Assembly: GCA_945863035.1 (NCBI GenBank)
Contig: CAMAZH010000001.1
Coordinates: 64,420-128,419, forward strand
Reading direction: 5' to 3'
DNA: 64,000 nucleotides
Source: Chitinophaga pinensis
Lineage (GTDB): Bacteria; Bacteroidota; Bacteroidia; Bacteroidales; GCA-2748055
The notes below the pieces were generated by a model. That model did no database searches, had not been told where the DNA came from, and saw only the letters and a program-made list of their open reading frames with translations. Within the stretch, counting starts at the first letter, position 1, and every line of letters begins with the position of its first letter. Positions 54,204 through 62,608 of the stretch are shown in pieces. The translations under genes were made by a program, and so were the position numbers.

Positions 54204-57179
54204 ATGAATGGTAAACTTCTACTTCTTTTTCTTTTCTTTTACTGCTGTGTTGGCAGTATATTCTCTCAGGGAGGTAATATCAGAATATCCGGAAAAGTAA
54301 CCGATGGAATTACCGGGGAACCTCTCCCTGGTGTAAATATTCTTATTAAAGGAACCTACACAGGAACTGTATCAGGTCTGGATGGCAATTATACAATTAT
54401 GGTTCAGGGAGCTGATAAAGTCCTGATTTTCTCATTTATTGGTTACTCGGTACAGGAAATTCCTGTTGATAACAAAAGGGTAATTGATGTCAATCTGACG
54501 GCTGACTTAAAAACTCTTGAAGAAGTTGTTGTCACTGCTCAAGCGCAGGGCCAGGTTGGAGCAAGAAGCCAGCAGATCAACTCCAACACCATTAAGAATG
54601 TTGTTGCTCCCGACCGTTTACAGGAGAACCCGGATGCAAATGCTGTGGAAGCCATCGGAAGACTTCCGGGCATTTCAGTTCAGCGCAGTGGAGGGGAAGG
54701 TTCAAGTCTGGTTATAAGAGGGCTTGAATCAAAATACACATCCATTACCATGAACGGGGTTGCAATGCCATCAACAGCCGGTGGTAATGACAGGAGTACT
54801 AACATAAGTGGAATTTCGCAGTATATGCTGCAGGGTGTTGAAGTGTTTAAAACACTTACAGCCGATCAGGAGGCTAATTCAGTGGCTGGATCCATTAACC
54901 TGAAGCTAAAAGAGACTCCCAAAGGCCTTCATACCAATCTGATGGCTCAGGGAGGGTATAATGCACTAAATAATTATTATGGTAACTACAAGCTTCTCGG
55001 CGAGGTTAGCAACCGCTTTTTAAATGAAAAAGTTGGCATGTTTTTCTCCATTAATGCTGAAAGCGTTAACAGAAGTGTTGAAACGATGAGCGCCGGATAT
55101 AGGATTGAAGGCATCGATGTAAATGATCCCTTATTAATTACAAATATTAACCTAAATAAGATTACCACAATCAAGCACAGGAAATCGGCTATGCTTTCTC
55201 TTGATTATAAAATTCATCCCTCTACCACCTTAATGTTATACGGACTATATACTTATGCGAATGATGATCATGAAAGACAGTCAAAATCGTATGGAGTTAC
55301 CGGTGCGGGAAGTGTTGGATATAATTTTCATGATAATCCTTACCGCAACGACAAAATCTTCCAGACAACTCTAAGTGGTGAAACCAAGCTGAAATTCCTT
55401 AACATCGACATGGACTATGGTATTGCCTATTCTCAGAGCAATACAGATGACCCGGATTCACGCAACTGGGGATATACATTTGAAAATGCATCCTCAGATA
55501 ATATTACAACAATCGGGAACAGGCAATTTGATCCTTCTGAATTGATTCCCATGTATACGGATAGCCCTGACTCGCTGCAAAACCTGAAATTATCAGGGTT
55601 CGGCCAGTATATGGAAAAAGCCGAGGAAAAAAACTTGACCTATTATATGAATTTTAAAGTGCCTTATGCAATAGGAGACTGGTTCAATGGTTATGTGAAA
55701 TTCGGGGGCACCATTCGTAATAAACAAAAGGTTAAAGATAAAACTGAAGGTGGACAAAACATTTTGGCCAATCAGAATGGACCCAGGATGCTTGCTGATT
55801 CCCTGGATTGGATTGTCCGGAATCAGTCAGAAAATATTACTGCTATTGGATTGAAGGATTATAATGTTGGAAAAGTACTGGACGGGCAGTATGATTTCGG
55901 GTATTATTTTAATTTCGACCGGCTTAACGCTTTAACTGATACCTGGGTAGAGGTTTCAGAATATTGGTACGCAAAGCCTTATGCCGAATGGATGACCCAG
56001 TTTGGAGAGAGATCAAAGATCGGATTCTCACAGAATCTTTCTGCATGTTATATGGACGACCAGAATATTGAGGAAGACTATTACGCCGGTTATGTCATGA
56101 CCGAAATGAATTTTGGCAGGTATGTAATGTTTTTACCAGGTGTACGCCTTGAAAATACGGATGGATACATGAAGGGCTGGAAGGCTGTGCAGCCTACCCT
56201 TACAGATCCTATTATTGCCCCGCTAGTTGGTAGTCCCGACTCTGCAGAACGAAGTGATAAATTCATCCTTCCTATGGTTCATCTGAGGATTAAACCAATA
56301 AAATCAGCGTACCTTCACCTATCTTATACACAAACACTCAGTCGGCCTGATTTTAATGCCCTTTCTCCAAATGTTTATATCAATACAGGTTTTGCTCCTT
56401 TCACTTTTAATGCTCAGAATCCATATCTTAAGGCTGAATATTGGACAAATTATGATGCCCAGCTGACTTTTCATGGTAATAAGATCGGATTGGTTTCAGT
56501 TACGGGATTTTATAAAACAGTTGAGGATAAAATCTGGAACAGAAGTTTTACACGATTGAAAGGTGATCCAATTCCCGATCCCAATTTTACAGATAATAAT
56601 CTGGTTAACGTTAGTCAATGGGAAAATCACAAAAACACAATTTTTGTAAAAGGTCTGGAATTTGAATTGCAGACAGCATTCTACTATCTGCCAAAACCTT
56701 TCAGCTTTTTCACCCTCTATGCTAACTATACTTTTACAAACTCGGAAACGCAGTACCCACTTAGTTGGGTGGAAAATATAATTCCACCAGCAGGAGGAAG
56801 GCCCGTTCCAACAAGATTTGACTCTACCATTGCTGGGCCAATGCTGTACCAGCCAAAGCATATTGCAAACATATCCCTTGGCTTTAACAGAAAAGGATTC
56901 AATGCATGGCTTTCATACCAGCATAACGGGGAGATTCAAACTTCAAAAAATCTGAAGGGAAGTTTCAGGGAAGAAGATCTGAAAAGCAAGTTTTCACGAT
57001 GGGACATGCAGGTCACAAAGAAAATCCCTTTGAAAATACCCGGAAGTATCGAAGTGCTTGGAAATCTTGCTAACCTCAGTAATATTATGGAAAAGCAAGA
57101 GAAAAAGGGTGATCCTCGACCAACTTACCTGGAGCAATATGGCTGGACTTTTGACCTTGGGGTAAGATATAAATTTTAA
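54204..57179 (+). CDS. TonB-dependent outer-membrane transporter, paralogue of 10164..13124
   Basis: It is colinear with the first transporter along its whole length. Examples: VTDGITGEPLPGVNILIKGTYTGTVSGLDGNY; DRLQENPDANAVEAIGRLPGISVQRSGGEGSSLVIRGLESKYTSITMNG; C-terminus GWTFDLGVRYKF. Identity looks like roughly 55-65 percent by eye. Confidence 0.9.
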   Translation: MNGKLLLLFLFFYCCVGSIFSQGGNIRISGKVTDGITGEPLPGVNILIKGTYTGTVSGLDGNYTIMVQGADKVLIFSFIGYSVQEIPVDNKRVIDVNLTADLKTLEEVVVTAQAQGQVGARSQQINSNTIKNVVAPDRLQENPDANAVEAIGRLPGISVQRSGGEGSSLVIRGLESKYTSITMNGVAMPSTAGGNDRSTNISGISQYMLQGVEVFKTLTADQEANSVAGSINLKLKETPKGLHTNLMAQGGYNALNNYYGNYKLLGEVSNRFLNEKVGMFFSINAESVNRSVETMSAGYRIEGIDVNDPLLITNINLNKITTIKHRKSAMLSLDYKIHPSTTLMLYGLYTYANDDHERQSKSYGVTGAGSVGYNFHDNPYRNDKIFQTTLSGETKLKFLNIDMDYGIAYSQSNTDDPDSRNWGYTFENASSDNITTIGNRQFDPSELIPMYTDSPDSLQNLKLSGFGQYMEKAEEKNLTYYMNFKVPYAIGDWFNGYVKFGGTIRNKQKVKDKTEGGQNILANQNGPRMLADSLDWIVRNQSENITAIGLKDYNVGKVLDGQYDFGYYFNFDRLNALTDTWVEVSEYWYAKPYAEWMTQFGERSKIGFSQNLSACYMDDQNIEEDYYAGYVMTEMNFGRYVMFLPGVRLENTDGYMKGWKAVQPTLTDPIIAPLVGSPDSAERSDKFILPMVHLRIKPIKSAYLHLSYTQTLSRPDFNALSPNVYINTGFAPFTFNAQNPYLKAEYWTNYDAQLTFHGNKIGLVSVTGFYKTVEDKIWNRSFTRLKGDPIPDPNFTDNNLVNVSQWENHKNTIFVKGLEFELQTAFYYLPKPFSFFTLYANYTFTNSETQYPLSWVENIIPPAGGRPVPTRFDSTIAGPMLYQPKHIANISLGFNRKGFNAWLSYQHNGEIQTSKNLKGSFREEDLKSKFSRWDMQVTKKIPLKIPGSIEVLGNLANLSNIMEKQEKKGDPRPTYLEQYGWTFDLGVRYKF

Positions 57180-57275
57180 AATTGAAAAGACTTTTTTAAG
57201 AGCAATTGATATAGTTTTCGTCACAGATATACAATTATTGTCAGTTTTTTAATTACTAATTTTAAACAATTCACT

Positions 57276-58967
57276 ATGAGAAAGATTAACTCTTTATTTA
57301 TTTTGCTGGCTGCATTCATGATTCAGATGAATGTTAGTGCACAAGACGTGCTGGTCGTTGAACCAGGCGTTGGAACTTTGAATGCAGCTATTACTGCCAA
57401 CGGCGGTAATAAGATTTACCAGCTTAAAGCTGGTGAATGGTACCAGTTAGATGGTATTGTTGAGAACGTTGATTACCATCTTCAGATTATTGGTGAAGTG
57501 CCTGCAGCAGGAGCAGTACCTGCAACCCTGCAGACAAATGCTGATGCTGGCGGTGCGGTTTTTGGGAAAATGTTTGATGCAAAAGGTGACATTACTCTTA
57601 AAAACGTCTATTTTGTGAATGCTGACCTCTCGGGCGTATTACCTGAAAGATTCATGACCGCAAGTGATTCCGGTTCAAGAGTTATCATCGATAATTGTAT
57701 TCTTGACCCTGTATCAGGAAATAATGGTATTGTTATTGAAGGAGGAAATGCAAAAGTCTATTTTACAAACAATAAGGCTATCCGCACAGGACATCAGCTA
57801 AATCCTAACTGCGGGCATTTCTTTATAACTGATGGGGCTCCTTATTCTCTTGATACTCTTTTGGTTGAAAACAATACATTTGTGTGTGCAGGAACAACTT
57901 TGTGGGCCGGTGGTTTTAATAAGTATGCCCAGAATTACGTTAAATGGAACCACAATTCCATTATTTTACAGAAGAGTCAGATTAAATGGAGTATCTGGGA
58001 AAAAGACTATTTCTGGACCAATAACCTTATGTTCGACGTTCAGACACAGCCCTGGAACACCCCCTGGCAACCTATGCCCGGAGCAGATGTAAGCAAACCA
58101 AAACCCTGTCTGATTTATGCTGACACAATTCCTGGTGAGGTATTACCTTCCACCCGCACAAGTCTTGTTGCTTTCAACCTTCATTACAGGAATCCCAAAC
58201 TGTATACTCTGGTTGATCAGCTGAATGTTCAGGGAAAGGCAGACGGAAAAACACACATTTATCTGATGCCTATGATTTGGCCATCTGATTCACTGGCTAT
58301 TTGCAGAGAAACTGAAATGTATGCAAATAAAACAGCTTTCCCAAAATGGGACTATAATAATACAATTACTGATGTTGATCCTTTATTTGTTGATCAGAAT
58401 ATTTACAAACATTCAGACAGTCTTGCCAAATGGACTGATTATGCCACTCAGATACATGCAATGGGTTATCCTTCAGATAATTACCCGGCAGCTTCACTTT
58501 GGACACAGTGGCATTGGGATCCAGACGGAGATGTTTCAAACAACTCTACATGGCCAGTATTTAATGGCGTTTACACAAAGGCTGATTTATTAACTGCTTC
58601 TTCGGAATCCTTACCTTTAGGTGACCTTAACTGGTTCCCAACTCAAAAAGCACTTTGGATGGCCAACAAAGCTAAAGCAGATGCGCATCTTGCAACAGTT
58701 CCCAATACAAGAATTGACCTTACTGTTGGCGTTAAGAACACTGTTTTAAATTCAGTAAATGTATATCCGAATCCTGTTGCTGATGTTCTTTATGTATCAG
58801 GAAATATTAAATCTGATATCTCTATCATAACTGTGGACGGACGTCTGGCAAGAAGTGTAAAAAATGCCACTTCTGTAAATGTGTCAGATCTCAGTAATGG
58901 AGTTTACATAGTCAGGATTAATCAGAATGGTGCAAGCTCTTCACAAAAAATACTTATTAGTAAGTAG
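57276..58967 (+). CDS. T9SS-sorted beta-helix-like protein, paralogue of 8389..10089, again directly downstream of a TonB-dependent transporter
   Basis: Signal MRKINSLFILLAAFMIQMNVSAQ. QDVLVVEPGVGTLNAAITANGGNKIYQLKAGEWYQLDGIVENVDYHLQIIGEVP is nearly identical to the paralogue. Rungs: ITLKNVYFVNAD, VIIDNCILDP, VYFTNNKAI, LLVENNTFVCAG, VKWNHNSIIL, YFWTNNLMFDV. Sorting domain: VYPNPVADVLYVS..GVYIVRINQ..KILISK. Confidence 0.8.
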   Translation: MRKINSLFILLAAFMIQMNVSAQDVLVVEPGVGTLNAAITANGGNKIYQLKAGEWYQLDGIVENVDYHLQIIGEVPAAGAVPATLQTNADAGGAVFGKMFDAKGDITLKNVYFVNADLSGVLPERFMTASDSGSRVIIDNCILDPVSGNNGIVIEGGNAKVYFTNNKAIRTGHQLNPNCGHFFITDGAPYSLDTLLVENNTFVCAGTTLWAGGFNKYAQNYVKWNHNSIILQKSQIKWSIWEKDYFWTNNLMFDVQTQPWNTPWQPMPGADVSKPKPCLIYADTIPGEVLPSTRTSLVAFNLHYRNPKLYTLVDQLNVQGKADGKTHIYLMPMIWPSDSLAICRETEMYANKTAFPKWDYNNTITDVDPLFVDQNIYKHSDSLAKWTDYATQIHAMGYPSDNYPAASLWTQWHWDPDGDVSNNSTWPVFNGVYTKADLLTASSESLPLGDLNWFPTQKALWMANKAKADAHLATVPNTRIDLTVGVKNTVLNSVNVYPNPVADVLYVSGNIKSDISIITVDGRLARSVKNATSVNVSDLSNGVYIVRINQNGASSSQKILISK

Positions 58968-58987
58968 TCTATCTTGGTTTGTATCTG

Positions 58988-59024
58988 AAAAGGAGAGTTT
59001 CTGAAAAGAAACTCTCCTTTTTTT
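58988..59024 (+). terminator. Rho-independent terminator after the second transporter/beta-helix pair
   Basis: aaaaggagagtttc at 58988..59001 pairs perfectly with gaaactctcctttt at 59008..59021. The loop is 6 nt (tgaaaa). A T-run continues to 59024. The element starts 21 nt after the TAG stop at 58965..58967. Confidence 0.85.
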
Positions 59025-59312
59025 ACCAAACACAATTGTAACTTATTGTTTGCATTGATTGTATTCGAGTAAATCAAAATCGTATTGACATATCTATTTT
59101 AATGAATTCTTTTAATTTCATTTTATAGCAACTAGCATTCAGATCTTAGCAATTCAATTGTTTTTTAATAAAAAATTATCATATAAAAGATTAATAATGA
59201 AGATTATAGCTAAATATTTCGAATTATTAATACATTTTATGTACTTTAAATGCACCTTCTGAAAGAACATTTACAGTAAATTATAAAATATCAACAAGAA
59301 ATAGCAGCGCAA

Positions 59313-62300
59313 ATGAAAATTCAGCATCCTTATTGTCCTAATTGCTTCAGGATACCCTTATTATTTGCCATAATACTGTTTCAACTTTCAATCCAAAGTT
59401 GCAAAATCGCAGGACCAAAAGAAATCTCTTTCGATACTATTGAGCAAGCTTTCGTAACAATTCCCGATAGCATACAAACAAGCGTTTACTGGTACTGGTT
59501 ATCCGACAATATTTCTAAAGAAGGTGTTATTAAGGATTTGCATGCTATGAAAGAAGTCGGTATCAACCGGGCATTTATTGGCAATATCGGGCTTTCTCCG
59601 AACGAAACATCCTATGGAAAGGTAAAGATTTTTAGTGAGGAATGGTGGGATATCATGCACACAGCCTTGAAAACGGCTTCCGAATTAAATATCGAAATCG
59701 GGATATTCAACAGTCCTGGATGGAGCCAGTCAGGCGGGCCATGGGTGAAGCCTTCTCAATCAATGAGATATCTTGCTTCTTCGGAAACCCGAGTAACAGG
59801 TCCAAAGCAAGTATCACTTAAACTGAATCAACCGGCGGATGATTTTCAGGATGTAAAAGTTTTAGCCTTTAAGCTCAGTGACGATTATTATAAAAGCTTT
59901 TCTGACTGGAATTTCGAGATTAGTTCTGTTCCCGTAATAAGAAATTTGCATTTACTTACCGACAAGGATGATTCAAGCGGCATCGATTTGCCTACTCAAA
60001 AAGAACTTACTATTGATTTTACAGTTGAATCGCCGCAAAAGGTGAGGAGTATTATTATCCAACCCTCTATAAAGCCAATTTTGATTCAGGCTGAATTGTT
60101 TGCGAAAATTGGAAATGACTTCAAGTCGGTACGGAAATTCGAAATAAACCGGAGTAATTCCATGCTGGTTGTCGGATTTAAGCCCTACGGACCTATTGCA
60201 ATTTCAATACCACCAACTACTTCTTCGGTTTTCCGCATAGTATTTACCAACCCAAATCCAGCTGGTGGGATTGCAGAGATTGAGTTTTCCTCCAGACCGA
60301 TTATTGAAAGCTACATTGAGAAAACTTTAGCGAAAATGTATCAAACGCCACTTCCATACTGGCATGAATATATGTGGGAGGACCAGCCTGTTGTTGATGA
60401 TACTGCCTTGCTAATCCAGCCCGGAGATGTTCAGGATATCACTCAGTATTTGTCTGCAGATGGAATCCTGACATGGGATGTTCCTGAAGGTAGCTGGACG
60501 ATACAAAGGACCGGAATGACTCCGACCGGAGTTGTAAATGAACCAGCCTCACCGGAAGGTACTGGTCTGGAAGCTGACAAAATGAGCCGTGAGCATATTG
60601 AATCCCATTTTGATGACTTTCTGGGAGAGATTATGCGCCGCATTCCTCCAGAGGATCGGAAAACTTGGAAAGTTTGCGTGCAAGACAGCTATGAACGCGG
60701 AGGTACAAACTGGACTGATCGTTTTATTGAAGCTTTTAAGGAACGATATAAATACGATCCGGTTCCTTTTATCCCTGCTTATTATGGATATGTTATTGGC
60801 AGTCAGGATCAGTCCGACCGATTTCTATGGGATGTAAGGCGATTGGTCGCAGATAAGGTTGCGTATGATTACGTGGGAGGACTTAGGGATATTTGCCACA
60901 AAAATGGATTGACAACCTGGCTTGAAAACTATGGACACTGGGGATTTCCCGGGGAATTTCTGCAATATGGAGGGCAATCGGATGAGGTAGCCGGGGAATT
61001 CTGGAGCGAAGGTGAACTGGGTGATATAGAAAACCGGGCTGCTTCTTCCTGCGCACATATTTACGGAAAGAAAAAGGTATCTGCTGAATCATTTACTTGC
61101 GGATTCAAAGCGTATTCCAGATATCCTGCAACTATGAAGAAAAGGGGAGATCGTTTTTTTACCGAAGGAATCAATAATACACTCCTTCATGTGTATGTTC
61201 AGCAGCCTTATGAAGATCTGGTTCCCGGAGTAAATGCATTTTTCGGAAATGAGTTCAACAGGAATAATACCTGGTTCCCATATATGGATTTGTTTACCCA
61301 GTATCTGAAACGCACCAATTTTATGCTGCAACAGGGTCTGTATGTTGCTGATGTTGCATATTTCATTGGTGAAGATACTCCAAAAATGACAGGTGTTCGT
61401 GATCCTGAAATCCCTCGTGGTTATTCGTATGATTATATTAATGCTGAAGTACTTTTAACCCGTGCCTCAGTAAAAGATAAAAAACTTGTGCTTCCCGATG
61501 GGATGTCGTACCGGATTTTGGTGCTTCCTAAATTAAAAACCATGCGTCCGGATGTTCTGCGTAAGATTAAGGAACTTATGAACGCTGGACTGGTGGTTTT
61601 GGGTTCGGCTCCGGATCGTTCACCAAGTCTTGAGAATTTCCCTTCTGCTGACAGGGAAATCCAACAGATTTCAACAGAAATCTGGGGCGATTTAAATGGT
61701 ATTGAGCCGCTTTCCAAAAGTTTCGGAAAAGGCTTGATTCTTTCTGGATTTGATATGCAGAAAGCTCTTGACCTTATTGACATTATCCCTGATTGCAAAC
61801 TTAATGAGTCTGATTCAAGTTTATTTATTCATAGAACATTACCCGATGGTGAAATGTATTTTATTAGTAACCAAACTGATCGTACCGTATCAATTAAGCC
61901 GCAGTTCAGGGTAAAAGGAATGAGTCCGGAATTATGGAACCCAACTTCTGGAAAAATGAGGTATCTTCCCGATTTTGAAATGTCCGAAAGCGCAACAACT
62001 ATCCCATTAATTCTGGAAGCATATGAAAGTCAGTTTATCATTTTCAGGAAGAATGCATCGAATTCCAGAAACAAGGAACAAAAGAAAAACTTTCCTGAAC
62101 CAAAAGTTTTGCTTGAGGTTAAAAGCCCATGGATGGTAACTTTTAATCATGCGATGCGCGGACCAAAGTTCCCTGTGGTTTACAATATTCTGGAAGATTG
62201 GACGTTTTCTGATAATGACAGTATTAAGTATTATTCCGGAACAGCTACTTATACAACAAGTATTCAGTTAGATCAGGTTCCGGTTGGTGAAAAAGTATTT

Positions 62301-62591
62301 CTTCACCTGGGTAATCTATCAGCTATTGCAAAAATAAGGATTAATGGGGCAGACGCTGGTGGAGTGTGGACTGCTCCCTGGCAGATTGAAATTGGAGATT
62401 TTCTTAGGGTCGGTGAAAATGTATTAAATATTGAAGTAGCTAATACCTGGGTCAATCGTCTGATTGGTGATGCAAGCCTTCCTGAAAAGGATCGCAGAAC
62501 CTGGTCAAACCAAATTCCATATACTGCTCATAGTCCCTTGCAAACTTCCGGACTAACCGGACCTGTTAAAATATTTTCAGTCACATACTAA
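59313..62591 (+). CDS. GH106-like glycoside hydrolase (second copy), possible lipoprotein
   Basis: Signal with Cys: LFQLSIQSC. N-terminal motif: TSVYWYWLSDNISKEGVIKDLHAMKEVGINRAFIGNIG. C-terminal block: YSGTATYTTSIQLD..LHLGNLSAIAKIRINGADAGGVWTAPWQIEIGDFL..ENVLNIEVANTWVNRLIGD. It is colinear with 27080..30634. The family call is from motif memory. Confidence 0.65.
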   Translation: MKIQHPYCPNCFRIPLLFAIILFQLSIQSCKIAGPKEISFDTIEQAFVTIPDSIQTSVYWYWLSDNISKEGVIKDLHAMKEVGINRAFIGNIGLSPNETSYGKVKIFSEEWWDIMHTALKTASELNIEIGIFNSPGWSQSGGPWVKPSQSMRYLASSETRVTGPKQVSLKLNQPADDFQDVKVLAFKLSDDYYKSFSDWNFEISSVPVIRNLHLLTDKDDSSGIDLPTQKELTIDFTVESPQKVRSIIIQPSIKPILIQAELFAKIGNDFKSVRKFEINRSNSMLVVGFKPYGPIAISIPPTTSSVFRIVFTNPNPAGGIAEIEFSSRPIIESYIEKTLAKMYQTPLPYWHEYMWEDQPVVDDTALLIQPGDVQDITQYLSADGILTWDVPEGSWTIQRTGMTPTGVVNEPASPEGTGLEADKMSREHIESHFDDFLGEIMRRIPPEDRKTWKVCVQDSYERGGTNWTDRFIEAFKERYKYDPVPFIPAYYGYVIGSQDQSDRFLWDVRRLVADKVAYDYVGGLRDICHKNGLTTWLENYGHWGFPGEFLQYGGQSDEVAGEFWSEGELGDIENRAASSCAHIYGKKKVSAESFTCGFKAYSRYPATMKKRGDRFFTEGINNTLLHVYVQQPYEDLVPGVNAFFGNEFNRNNTWFPYMDLFTQYLKRTNFMLQQGLYVADVAYFIGEDTPKMTGVRDPEIPRGYSYDYINAEVLLTRASVKDKKLVLPDGMSYRILVLPKLKTMRPDVLRKIKELMNAGLVVLGSAPDRSPSLENFPSADREIQQISTEIWGDLNGIEPLSKSFGKGLILSGFDMQKALDLIDIIPDCKLNESDSSLFIHRTLPDGEMYFISNQTDRTVSIKPQFRVKGMSPELWNPTSGKMRYLPDFEMSESATTIPLILEAYESQFIIFRKNASNSRNKEQKKNFPEPKVLLEVKSPWMVTFNHAMRGPKFPVVYNILEDWTFSDNDSIKYYSGTATYTTSIQLDQVPVGEKVFLHLGNLSAIAKIRINGADAGGVWTAPWQIEIGDFLRVGENVLNIEVANTWVNRLIGDASLPEKDRRTWSNQIPYTAHSPLQTSGLTGPVKIFSVTY

Positions 62592-62608
62592 AAATAATAG
62601 TTATCTCT

